Shown here piece by piece: positions 26,852 through 35,554 of a stretch of DNA of 35,554 bases. Position numbers and translations under genes: made by a program. Under the pieces are notes generated by a model. The model was given only the letters and a program-made list of their open reading frames with translations, ran no database searches and had not been told where the DNA came from. The DNA is from a virus (lineage: Duplodnaviria; Caudoviricetes), in IMG/VR virus record IMGVR_UViG_3300033417_000034, positions 1 to 35,554 of that record; one strand, written 5' to 3'. Within the stretch, counting starts at the first letter, position 1; each line of letters opens with the position of its first letter.

Positions 26852-28081
26852 GTGGCGTTCAACGAAGGCTTCAATTTCCGCGCCACCCTGGCCTTTGTGA
26901 CGGACCCTGCGGACACGCAGCATTGCCCGCTTGAGTCGGCATACCCGACGACCGCTGGCGGTGTGACATTCGGCTGGGAGTACACAAATTCGACGGCGAA
27001 CGACCGCGACAGAAGCGATAGCGTTGACGCACGCTTGGCCGGTATTGTTTTTCACACGAACAATCGTGATGGCGTGCCACAACAGGCGGTCTTCCGCGTT
27101 GATCTGCCTGCGACGGGAGACTATGAAATCGCGGCGGCGTTCGGTGACATGGGCGGCGCTACAACAAATCATTACGCGCAGTTCCAGGACACGACAACGG
27201 AGATATCCACGGTCACGGACGCGTCCATAGCCTCCGGTGCTTTCGTGGACGCCTCAGGTGTCGAGCGCACGAGCGCGGCGGATTGGGTGTCGAACAACGT
27301 CAAGATCGAGCACACGTTCGCCAGCACCATTTTCCGGCTGGCGCTCGGCCAACCGACAACGACATCCGGCAATAGCATCGTTGCCCATCTGTCCATCAAC
27401 GATGTGGCGGCGGGCGCCGTTGTCGCCGTTCCCCTGGCCGAAACGGTGGCGCAGGCGTTTGCGCCTGCCGTTGCGGCTGGAGCTTTCGCCGTCATTCCCC
27501 TGGCCACGACAGAGACGACGGCTCTTGCGCCTACGGTGGCGGAAGCTGCTGCCGTTGCCGTGCCGCTGGCTGAGACTGTGGCGCGGGCATTTGCACCGGC
27601 AGTACAGGGAAACATCGGGGTATCCGCCACAACCAGGGCGGCGGTGTTCGCCTCGGAAACAGCCGAGGCATTCATTGTGCTGGTAACTATCGACCATGAT
27701 GATCTGTCCCTGCCCATTCGCGTGTGCAGCGATGCGGTTGATATGGAGAGCCGGGGCAATACGTTCACGGCCATGCCCTTCGAGCGCGAACTGCCGGGCG
27801 AGGATGACACTGGCGTATCCGCCGGCACGCTGGCCATCCAGAATGTGAGCCTGGAAATTACCGAGGCGATCCGCTCGATCAATACTCCGCCCAGCGTGCT
27901 GCTGGAGGTGGTGCGGGCGGCGGACCCGGATACGGTGGAAATGTCCTTCGATAACATGCGCATTGCCGAAGTGCGCTGGGATGCGCTGATTGTGAGCGCC
28001 ACCGTCGATGACGAGAATTTTCTCTCCGAGCCCTACCCGAAGGACTCTTTCACGCCTGGGCTTTTCCCTGGCGTCTTCTGA
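26852..28081 (+). CDS. Fusion of a beta-sandwich domain, 3 x 22-aa repeats and a DUF1833 (gpL-like) tail tip domain
   Basis: C-terminal LVTIDH.DL..PIRV, PF...LP.ED, EVVRAADPDTVE, EPYP...FTP..FPG, directly upstream of NlpC/P60. Confidence 0.75.
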   Translation: MAFNEGFNFRATLAFVTDPADTQHCPLESAYPTTAGGVTFGWEYTNSTANDRDRSDSVDARLAGIVFHTNNRDGVPQQAVFRVDLPATGDYEIAAAFGDMGGATTNHYAQFQDTTTEISTVTDASIASGAFVDASGVERTSAADWVSNNVKIEHTFASTIFRLALGQPTTTSGNSIVAHLSINDVAAGAVVAVPLAETVAQAFAPAVAAGAFAVIPLATTETTALAPTVAEAAAVAVPLAETVARAFAPAVQGNIGVSATTRAAVFASETAEAFIVLVTIDHDDLSLPIRVCSDAVDMESRGNTFTAMPFERELPGEDDTGVSAGTLAIQNVSLEITEAIRSINTPPSVLLEVVRAADPDTVEMSFDNMRIAEVRWDALIVSATVDDENFLSEPYPKDSFTPGLFPGVF

Positions 28082-28503
28082 TGATCGCCCGCCAGCCGCC
28101 GACGTGGGTTGGTGAGTACGTCGGCCTGCCTTTCGCTTCTCTGGGCCGGGACCGCGCCGGGTGCGATTGCTGGGGGCTTGTCCGCCTCGTACTGGCCGAA
28201 CAATTCAGCATTGATCTGCCAAGCTACGCCGAGGATTACGAAGACGCAAACTCGGGCAGCAAAGTGGCACCGCTGATCGCCGCGCATAAGGATGACTGGC
28301 GGCAAGTCGATCAGGCGGACGTGTGCTTGGGCGATGTGGCCTTGCTGCGCACCAAGGGCTGGCCGATGCACGTGGGCCTGATCGTGGCGCGCGGGCGCAT
28401 GCTGCACATCGAGGCGGGGATCAATGCGGTGATCGAGCGCCTGGACTCGCCGATCTGGAGGCAGCGGATCGTCGGGATATTCCGGCACCCGGCGGTGGGA
28501 TAG
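28081..28503 (+). CDS. NlpC/P60 tail tip protein (gpK-like)
   Basis: YVGLPF...GRD..GCDCWGLV, HVGL, MLH. Confidence 0.92.
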   Translation: MIARQPPTWVGEYVGLPFASLGRDRAGCDCWGLVRLVLAEQFSIDLPSYAEDYEDANSGSKVAPLIAAHKDDWRQVDQADVCLGDVALLRTKGWPMHVGLIVARGRMLHIEAGINAVIERLDSPIWRQRIVGIFRHPAVG

Positions 28504-28509
28504 CTCAGG

Positions 28510-28878
28510 CTAAATTGAAGAGGTTGCACAGGGCGCAATGGCGTTCTGCAATTTCGCGGTCCATGCCACGGAACTATTCAGGTCAAGCCTTGTTGCCGCA
28601 GGGGACAGAACCGTGAGCGTGACATAATACAATTCGGCTCCAACCGTGAGTACCTGTTGAGGGGCCACCTCCAACACCCGATCCGGCTCGATGATTTGGG
28701 CGCTATGAGTGATGCGGCCCGGCGCAACCGTGTTTAGTCCGGTAATGACGCATGAAACCGTGGTGTTGAGCGGTTTGTTGCTAGTGCCCGTCCAAACAGG
28801 CGGCTGACCGCGAGCGCTTAAAAGGCTGCAACCGGCCAGGGCCGCCGCAAGCAAAAAGACAACGAGTAGGGTGCGCAT
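28510..28878 (-). CDS. Small lipoprotein on the opposite strand (moron-like)
   Basis: MRTLLVVFLLAAALAG-C lipobox, GGAGG RBS, two further Cys. Fills the gap between NlpC/P60 and TipJ. Confidence 0.8.
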   Translation of the reverse strand: MRTLLVVFLLAAALAGCSLLSARGQPPVWTGTSNKPLNTTVSCVITGLNTVAPGRITHSAQIIEPDRVLEVAPQQVLTVGAELYYVTLTVLSPAATRLDLNSSVAWTAKLQNAIAPCATSSI

Positions 28879-31800
28879 GGAAGGTTCCCTCCTGGAGATC
28901 GGGCCGCCGCAAGTGGGGCGTGGCAGCATAGGCGAAATCCTGGCGCCAGGCCAAGGTCTGGTTCGGGTCTCCGCCTGCCCGCATCCGTTCAGCATGGCGC
29001 GGGTGGACCTGTCCGTTGAGGCGGGCGCGACCATTGCCGAGATATTCGCCCGGGCACAGCCCGACGCGGTTCTGCGAAGGCATGCCCATGTCTTTGTCGG
29101 GGATCACTACATCCCGCGCGAGAACTGGCACCGGGTGCGGCCCAAGCCCGGCACAACGGTCAGCATTCGGGTGGTGCCGTCCGGCGGGGGTGGCGGCGGC
29201 AAGAATCCGCTGCGGACCATCCTGATGATCGCGGTTTTGGTTGGGGCGGCAGCAATTTCCGGCGGCGCTCTGGCGGGCGTATTTGGGGCAGGCACTCTGC
29301 TGGCGGGCTCGACCGGGGCGACAATCGTCGCGGCTGGGGTTGGCCTCGTCGGCAGTCTGCTGGTCAATGCCATTGCCCCTCCGCCGCGACCCGATCTCGG
29401 GCAACTGGCGGGTCCAAGCCGGGAAAGCCCGGTCTTCGGCATTGCAGGGGGCCGGAATGAGCTGCGTCCGTTTCAGCCGGTACCGCGCGTCCTTGGCAAG
29501 CACCGGCTCTGGGGGCCGAAGGGCGCCCGCGAATACACCGAGATCGTCGGCGACGACCAATACCTTCGCACCCTGATCGTCTGGGGATACGGCCCGCTGC
29601 TGCTAGAGGATTTCAAGATCGGCGAGACGCCGCTCGATCTCTTTGAAGACGTTGAGGTCGAACATCGGCAGGGTTTCGACGACGACGATCCGATCAGCCT
29701 GTTTCCGGATGATGTGTTCGAAGAGGGTTTAGCCATCGCGTTGCTTGCCGCCGATAGCTGGCAAGTGCGCACGACTCAGCCCGACGCCGATGAGATCAGC
29801 ATCGACGTGACGTTCTTGCAAGGACTTGTGGAATTCGATTCGCAAGGCGCCAAGAAGAGCCGCAGCGTCAGCCTGGAGGTGCAAACGGCGGTGGCCGGCA
29901 GCGGCTCTTGGTCGGCTTCCACGGCGATCAATGTTTCTGCAGCACGGTCTTCGGTTGTGCGCAAATCGGTGCGCCTGACCGTGACTCGCGGCCAATACGA
30001 CGTGCGCATTCGACGGGTCACGGCGGACACGACGTCGAGCAGCATTTTCGATGTGGCGACATGGACCTCGCTGCGGACGTTCACCAACGAGCCGCCGGTC
30101 AACATGGCCGGCGTGGCGATGACGGCATTGCGCATCCGGGCGACCAACCAACTGTCCGGTGTGGTCGATGCGCTCAACTGCGTCGCCACCTCTATCCTGG
30201 CGGACTGGGATGGTTCGGATTGGGAAACGGTGCAGGCGACCGCCAACCCAGCATCGATCTATCGGGAGGTCTTGCAAGGCACGGCGAACGCAAACCCCGT
30301 GGCCGATGCGCGGATCGACTTGGCGACCCTGGAGGCTTGGCACGAGATCAACACCGCTGCGGGGCGCGAATTCAATGCGGTCATCGATACACCGATCTCT
30401 GTGCGCGACCTGCTCGCTGCGGTTGCCGCCGCCGGACGTGCCAGCCTACGCCGCCGGGACAATAAACGGAGCGTCGTTTTCGACGAAGCGCAGAGTACGG
30501 TTGTTCAGCATTTCACGCCGCGCAATTCGCTCAACTTCAATGCCACGCGCGTCTACGCCGACATGCCGCACGCTCTGCGCGTTACGTTCTTCAATCGCGA
30601 ACAGGGCTGGCAGGCGGATGAGCGGATCGTCTACCGCGACGGATACGATGCAGGGACCGCAACGAAATTCGAGGGCTATCGTCCGTTCGGCATTACCGAC
30701 CCGGCGCATATCTGGAGCGACACCCGTTATCACATGGCGGTCGCCGAATTGCGCCCGGAACGCTACGAGTTCGAAACCGATATCGAGCACATCGTTTGCA
30801 CCCGTGGCGATCTGATCGAGATCACTCACGACGTGCTGTTGGTTGGCCGGGCCAGCGGGCGGATCAAGTCGACGATCACCGACGGCGGCGGCAACATCAC
30901 CGGAATTGTCAGCGATGAAGTGCTGCCCATGGAGGCAGACAAGGACTATGCGTTGATCGTGCGGGCGCCGGGCGGGCGGGTGAGCGCGTCGGTGACCACC
31001 GACGCGGGGGAGCAAACCACGGTCACCCTGTCTCCGGCCTTGGCGCCTGGCGCGGTAGCCGCTGGCGATCTATTTGGTTTCGGCGAGGCCGGATTGGAGA
31101 CGATCCGGTCTCTGGTCTATTCGATCCGGCGGCTTAACGATGAGGCGGCGATCATCGCGGCGGTGCCGGAATCCGCCGCGGTCTATACTGCCGATACGGG
31201 GGCGATCCCGGCCTTCGATTCCAAGCTCTCACCGCTGGTCAGCCAGAACAAACCTTTCGTCATTTCGGCGCGGTCGGACGATACGGTGATGGTGCGCGCC
31301 GCCGACGGCACGCTCGACTCACGTATCCTGATCGCCTTGGGCGCGCCTGGGTCGCTGGCGCTATCGCGTATCTCTGCAATCGAAGCGCAGTTCAAGCCGA
31401 GCACCTCGGACGGAGCGTGGCTGCCGCTGGGCCCGTTTCCCCGCGATACCCGCGAGATATCCGTGGCCCCGGTGGAAGACGGCGTGTCTTACGATATACG
31501 CCTTCGCTATGCCTTCACCGGCGCGCCACCCGGCCAATGGACGCTGATCGTTGGACATGTCGTGCTGGGCAAGCTGACGCCGCCGCCGGCTGTGGACGAA
31601 TTCGCGATCACCCGGCTGGCCGATGGGACGCGGCGGTTTTCCTGGTCCGCACTCACCATCCCGCCGGATGTGGTTTTGGGCGGTGGCTTTGTAATCCGCT
31701 ACAAGGCGGGAGGCGGCGGGGCCTGGGCGGACATGACGCCGCTGTTCACACAAGGGTTGTTGCAGACCAGCCCGGTTGAAACCAATGAGCTTGCTGCCGG

Positions 31801-32629
31801 TAGCTATACCTTCGGCATCAAGATGGTCGATGCGTTCGGCAATGAATCGCTGAATGCAAATCTGATCGAGGCGACCATCGGCGACCAGCGTCTGCGCGGG
31901 GTGATTCACCAGCGCGTGGAATTCGATCTCGGGTTTCCAGGCACCCTGGTGGATTGCTTCTTGAATACCTCCGGCCATGTGGAGGCGATGGGCGACGCCA
32001 CGACCGGAACCTGGGACGATCTGCCGGCCACCTGGGACGATCTGCCCGATACCTGGCGCGGCATCGTGGCAAACCGTTCACCGATCACCTACACCACCGA
32101 GGTAATCGATCTGGGCGCCGATATCCGTTTTACTCCGTCCGTTACCTTCGACGGCCTGGGCACGGCAACGATCACCATGGAGACCGGCACCGATGCCGAT
32201 GGAGAGCCGACGGGCGGCTTCGTCGCGCTGACCAGCGTCACGGCCCGCTACATCCACATCAAGGCGAGCGTTGCCGGGACCACGCCGCTGATCCGCAACC
32301 TGGTGACCCTGCTCGACGGCGAGACGGTGATCCAGGATGTCGAGGATCTGGATACATCCGGGGCCAGCGCCGGGCCGTTCGAGAGCATCGCCACCGGACA
32401 CTTCAAGTACGAGAGCGACGGGCGGCTGGCATCGATCATCACGGCGCAAATCGTCGCCTTCCAGAACGATGGGGAGGGGGGGCGCAAGGTGGATTTGCTC
32501 AGCAAAGCCACGACGATCACCGGCGGCAGCCTGCCGGCCGCCGAGTTCAAGATCTACAAGGACGTGGCCGGCACCTGGACGCTGACCGACGCGACGGTCG
32601 ATTTGGAATTGAAGGGGTTCAAAGTTTAG
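28877..32629 (+). CDS. Central tail fibre / host specificity protein J (TipJ) with gpI-like N-terminus and FN3-like domains; start uncertain
   Basis: PVPRVLGKHR, GQYDVRIRR.T, ALRIRATNQLSG, NPA, RGDLI, YDIRLRY. Confidence 0.9.
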   Translation: MEGSLLEIGPPQVGRGSIGEILAPGQGLVRVSACPHPFSMARVDLSVEAGATIAEIFARAQPDAVLRRHAHVFVGDHYIPRENWHRVRPKPGTTVSIRVVPSGGGGGGKNPLRTILMIAVLVGAAAISGGALAGVFGAGTLLAGSTGATIVAAGVGLVGSLLVNAIAPPPRPDLGQLAGPSRESPVFGIAGGRNELRPFQPVPRVLGKHRLWGPKGAREYTEIVGDDQYLRTLIVWGYGPLLLEDFKIGETPLDLFEDVEVEHRQGFDDDDPISLFPDDVFEEGLAIALLAADSWQVRTTQPDADEISIDVTFLQGLVEFDSQGAKKSRSVSLEVQTAVAGSGSWSASTAINVSAARSSVVRKSVRLTVTRGQYDVRIRRVTADTTSSSIFDVATWTSLRTFTNEPPVNMAGVAMTALRIRATNQLSGVVDALNCVATSILADWDGSDWETVQATANPASIYREVLQGTANANPVADARIDLATLEAWHEINTAAGREFNAVIDTPISVRDLLAAVAAAGRASLRRRDNKRSVVFDEAQSTVVQHFTPRNSLNFNATRVYADMPHALRVTFFNREQGWQADERIVYRDGYDAGTATKFEGYRPFGITDPAHIWSDTRYHMAVAELRPERYEFETDIEHIVCTRGDLIEITHDVLLVGRASGRIKSTITDGGGNITGIVSDEVLPMEADKDYALIVRAPGGRVSASVTTDAGEQTTVTLSPALAPGAVAAGDLFGFGEAGLETIRSLVYSIRRLNDEAAIIAAVPESAAVYTADTGAIPAFDSKLSPLVSQNKPFVISARSDDTVMVRAADGTLDSRILIALGAPGSLALSRISAIEAQFKPSTSDGAWLPLGPFPRDTREISVAPVEDGVSYDIRLRYAFTGAPPGQWTLIVGHVVLGKLTPPPAVDEFAITRLADGTRRFSWSALTIPPDVVLGGGFVIRYKAGGGGAWADMTPLFTQGLLQTSPVETNELAAGSYTFGIKMVDAFGNESLNANLIEATIGDQRLRGVIHQRVEFDLGFPGTLVDCFLNTSGHVEAMGDATTGTWDDLPATWDDLPDTWRGIVANRSPITYTTEVIDLGADIRFTPSVTFDGLGTATITMETGTDADGEPTGGFVALTSVTARYIHIKASVAGTTPLIRNLVTLLDGETVIQDVEDLDTSGASAGPFESIATGHFKYESDGRLASIITAQIVAFQNDGEGGRKVDLLSKATTITGGSLPAAEFKIYKDVAGTWTLTDATVDLELKGFKV

Positions 32630-33580
32630 ATGGCTAAATCATTTCCGGCCGACGCCGGCAAGACAAACATTGACCAAGGGACGGACGATCCCAAGCAGGC
32701 GCGCAGCGAGTTGGCCGATCTGGTCGACAAATTCAACACGACGAAGGGTGTCCTCGCTCCACTGGCGGCGATGGTGGTGGGCGATGGCCTGACCGTCACC
32801 GATGAGGGCGCTGGCAACGCCGATACGCTGAGCGTCACTCCGGCGCCGAGTGCAACACTGCCGCGCGGCCATCTGACTGGGCTGAAACTCAGCAATAACA
32901 CAACCGACGCAACCAATGACATTGACATAGCGGAGGGGCAGTGCCGGTCAGAGGACAATGTCGAAGACATTATCCTGGCAAGCACCTTGACGAAACGACT
33001 CGACGCATCTTGGGTGGTTGGAACCAATCAGGGAGGTCTGGATACGGGCGCGGTCAGCAGCACCGGTACATATCACGTCCACGCCATCCTTCGCAGCGAT
33101 ACGGGCGTCGTAGATGCGCTGTTCTCGCTCAGCCCTACCGCTCCAACCCTGCCGGCAAGCTACGATTACAGCCGCCGGATCGGCAGCTTCATGCGCCAAA
33201 GCGGTGTGAACGTGCCGTTCGTGCAGGACGGCGATCTGTTCCAGCGCGCGCCGGTCTATCAAAGCAATACGACATCGACGACTGCTGTTTCGCGCACCTT
33301 GGGGGTGCCCACGGGCCTCAACGTGCTGGCCCGGTTCCGGGCGAATGGCGGATTTTCGACGGTGGACGATGGCGCGCTGTTCACGGATCTGGCCATGGCG
33401 GACGTGGCGCCCAGCGCCGCCGCAGCGCCGGGCATTTCGACCCCATTCAATACGCGCGGTTGGGGCGATTTCGAGGTGCGCACCAACACCAGCGCGCAAA
33501 TCCGCGAACGGTCCACGGAGGCCGCCACCGTGGAGATCGTCACCTACGCCTGGATCGACCGGCGCGGCCGGGATGACTGA
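32630..33580 (+). CDS. Putative tail fibre / receptor-binding protein
   Basis: Follows TipJ. GLKLSNNTTDATNDIDIAEG, TKRLDA.W..G...GGLD.G, PTLP..Y...RRIGS. Confidence 0.7.
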   Translation: MAKSFPADAGKTNIDQGTDDPKQARSELADLVDKFNTTKGVLAPLAAMVVGDGLTVTDEGAGNADTLSVTPAPSATLPRGHLTGLKLSNNTTDATNDIDIAEGQCRSEDNVEDIILASTLTKRLDASWVVGTNQGGLDTGAVSSTGTYHVHAILRSDTGVVDALFSLSPTAPTLPASYDYSRRIGSFMRQSGVNVPFVQDGDLFQRAPVYQSNTTSTTAVSRTLGVPTGLNVLARFRANGGFSTVDDGALFTDLAMADVAPSAAAAPGISTPFNTRGWGDFEVRTNTSAQIRERSTEAATVEIVTYAWIDRRGRDD

Positions 33581-33589
33581 GAGGGGACA

Positions 33590-33904
33590 ATGAGAAACAT
33601 GCCCCCGGCCGTTCTGGCGGCGGCACTCTTCATGGCGCAGATGGCAGGCAGCGCGCCGGCCGTCGGGCAAGTTTTCCAATGCGACGAGCGCGCCAAGGTG
33701 CTCGACCATCTCGCCGACAAGTACCAGGAAATACCCGTGGCCATCGGCGTGACCAGCTCGGGCGGCCTGGTGGAAGTGCTGTCCACGGGCGACGGCAACA
33801 CCTGGACCATTATCATGACAAGCCCACAGGGCCTGTCGTGCCTGATCGCGGCGGGGGAGGGCTGGCGCGGAGTGACGGCCGTGCCCATGGGGCCGGACAC
33901 ATGA
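33590..33904 (+). CDS. Small secreted protein of alphaproteobacterial type
   Basis: Signal peptide. C..R..VL..LA.KY.E.P...G, TWTII.T.P.G.SCL.AAG..W. Confidence 0.75.
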   Translation: MRNMPPAVLAAALFMAQMAGSAPAVGQVFQCDERAKVLDHLADKYQEIPVAIGVTSSGGLVEVLSTGDGNTWTIIMTSPQGLSCLIAAGEGWRGVTAVPMGPDT

Positions 33905-34128
33905 CAGATCACCATGACGCCGGGCTCGAAGCCGACTTGGCGGTGTCGCTTACGGAAATGAGAAAGACCGCAGGGCTGACACAAGACTTCGTGGCGCAAA
34001 GGATTGGCACCACGGACGCCTGCGTTTCGCAGTGGGAATTGGGCACCAATTTCCCAAAGAGCATGCGCCAGTGGCAAGGTTGGGCGCGCGCTGTGGGGGC
34101 CGATCTGCTGATCAGATTGGAGGCATAA
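33901..34128 (+). CDS. XRE/Cro-type helix-turn-helix protein
   Basis: L..MRKTAGLTQ..VAQRIGTT...VSQWELG...P. ATGA coupling. Confidence 0.82.
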   Translation: MTDHHDAGLEADLAVSLTEMRKTAGLTQDFVAQRIGTTDACVSQWELGTNFPKSMRQWQGWARAVGADLLIRLEA

Positions 34129-34146
34129 TGAGCGACAACCAACAGG

Positions 34147-34554
34147 ATGGCTGAAGAACCGGGCGACCGCATTGACCGGCTGATCCGGGGCCAGGCGCGC
34201 ACGGAAGCATACCTGGCGGCGCAGGAGCGGACCCTGGGCGATCTGCGTGTCGATCTGCGCGAGGCGGTGAAGGTGATCCACGAGCGGATCAGCGGCGTCG
34301 CCAAGAAGAGCGAGGAAGTAGCGACAGCCAACTTGGGCGAAACCAAAGCCATGATCGACGCGCACGTGGCCCGCGACATGGCCCGTTTTGGAAAGAGCGA
34401 AGATCGGATCGAGGGCCTCGAAAAACGGTGGGCTGGTGAGGATGCGGTAGACCGGCATTCCGAGCGGCGCAGCAAGATCGCGCTGGCCCTTGGCGGCGGC
34501 GTGATCGGCGCAGCGGCAAGTTGGCTTGTGCAATATCTTGGCGGCCTGCGATGA
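34147..34554 (+). CDS. Coiled-coil protein with C-terminal TM helix (possible holin/lysis-associated)
   Basis: Heptad-rich body followed by IALALGGGVIGAAASWLV. Confidence 0.55.
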   Translation: MAEEPGDRIDRLIRGQARTEAYLAAQERTLGDLRVDLREAVKVIHERISGVAKKSEEVATANLGETKAMIDAHVARDMARFGKSEDRIEGLEKRWAGEDAVDRHSERRSKIALALGGGVIGAAASWLVQYLGGLR

Positions 34555-34585
34555 GCGTTAATTTTCTTAACAGAAAGGACTAGCC

Positions 34586-34864
34586 ATGCCCTTAACATAT
34601 TATGTGGTTCACGTGCGCGGCTGGGGGCCGACCACGGAGAAGTCGAACAAGGCGGCCCTGAAGCGGTTGGCGCAATTCAACGACGATGCGCAGGCCGGCC
34701 GGCAGTCCGTGCATCCCGGCATTGCCTACCGTGTCGAGGAACCGGGCAACGGCGGGCCTTGCGGGCCGGTATCCATCCGCATGCAGGACTTTCCCTATCT
34801 GATCGCCATTGAGGATTTGCCCGAATACCAAGACGCAAATCCGCCGCCCAAGCCGAGGCGCTGA
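34586..34864 (+). CDS. Hypothetical protein
   Basis: AAAGGA RBS after an AT-rich spacer. Confidence 0.6.
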   Translation: MPLTYYVVHVRGWGPTTEKSNKAALKRLAQFNDDAQAGRQSVHPGIAYRVEEPGNGGPCGPVSIRMQDFPYLIAIEDLPEYQDANPPPKPRR

Positions 34865-34866
34865 TC

Positions 34867-35520
34867 ATGCTGGGCGCCCTGGCCGGTAGCCCAGCCACAT
34901 ATTTCCTGGCGTTGATCATCGCCGTGTCCGCCGCCCTGCCGTCGCTGGGGCAGCGGGTGCTGCGCCTGGGGCCGATGGCTTTGGCAGCCGTGGCCATGTA
35001 TGTCGTATCGACCGGAATCGTGACTTCGTACCGCTACGTTCCGGGCGACTGGCAGGTGAATTGGTGGACCGCCAGTCTGTTGATCGTGAGCTTATGCTAT
35101 CTGGGCATTCTGTCGTTTCGCGGCGAGCGCAACGAAATGGCGGCCATGATCCTGGCTGTTGCCGCGTTGGCGATGTTCACCGGCGCGGCCATGACCAACG
35201 AGCCGCTTTTGCAAAAGACGTTCTGGTTCCTGCAATTCGCGGCCATAACAGGGATAGCATTCGCCTGTTACCTGACCGTGGCGCGGGATGACACAATCGG
35301 CCAGATGACCTGGGGCGTGCTGTTCATTGCCGAGGGCATCAGTGCGGTGCAGATCGTGGATTGCCAGTTTCTACATGGGATGTTCAGCAGGTCAATTTCG
35401 GAAGGATCGGCTTGCGAACAGGTGTATGGCTGGGTGGGCGCTTCGTACATGCCCATGGCGCTGCCTACCCTGCTTCTCATCTGGATAGTGTACCGATGTC
35501 TCAAATCGAGGAAAAGCTGA
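34867..35520 (+). CDS. Polytopic membrane protein (about 7 TM segments)
   Basis: Multiple hydrophobic segments. TGATG coupling to a following partial ORF. Confidence 0.7.
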   Translation: MLGALAGSPATYFLALIIAVSAALPSLGQRVLRLGPMALAAVAMYVVSTGIVTSYRYVPGDWQVNWWTASLLIVSLCYLGILSFRGERNEMAAMILAVAALAMFTGAAMTNEPLLQKTFWFLQFAAITGIAFACYLTVARDDTIGQMTWGVLFIAEGISAVQIVDCQFLHGMFSRSISEGSACEQVYGWVGASYMPMALPTLLLIWIVYRCLKSRKS

Positions 35521-35554
35521 TGCTGTCACCTGATGATGACAAGTTTGCCCCAGC

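Noticed and set aside
39-33580. Gene transfer agent (RcGTA-like)
   Set aside because: Clp-type protease, long tape measure, intein, homing endonuclease and lambda-like tail tip genes fit a genuine phage better.
33590-35554. Complete lysis cassette
   Set aside because: No endolysin or spanin recognised; only a weak holin-like candidate. The rest may lie beyond the window.

Overview
GC-rich morphogenesis region of an HK97-fold, long-tailed (siphovirus-type) phage or prophage, probably from an alphaproteobacterial host. Gene order: terS, terL (split by a class 3 LAGLIDADG intein), portal, Clp-type protease, major capsid protein, duplicated decoration-like protein, a glycan-enzyme cassette, neck, tail tube, frameshifted chaperone, tape measure, tail tip/spike genes, and small accessory or lysis-region genes. 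The standout is the ~7.3 kb translationally coupled cassette (8.1-15.5 kb) between the capsid and neck genes. It encodes Maf-like, pyruvyltransferase-like, GT2, GT-A and KpsS/KpsC-like transferases, two methyltransferases, a kinase and an NDK/nucleotidyltransferase-like protein. Several small virion proteins carry a recurrent [D/N/S/T]-S-P-A motif. My inference is a phage-encoded system that builds a complex glycan on the virion using its own acceptor motif. Also seen: a candidate second -1 frameshift that would supply the first transferase's N-terminus, and a GUGA-hairpin plus CCTTAGATGGAG element upstream of both the capsid and tail tube genes. All functional calls come from motif recognition by eye; no searches were run.
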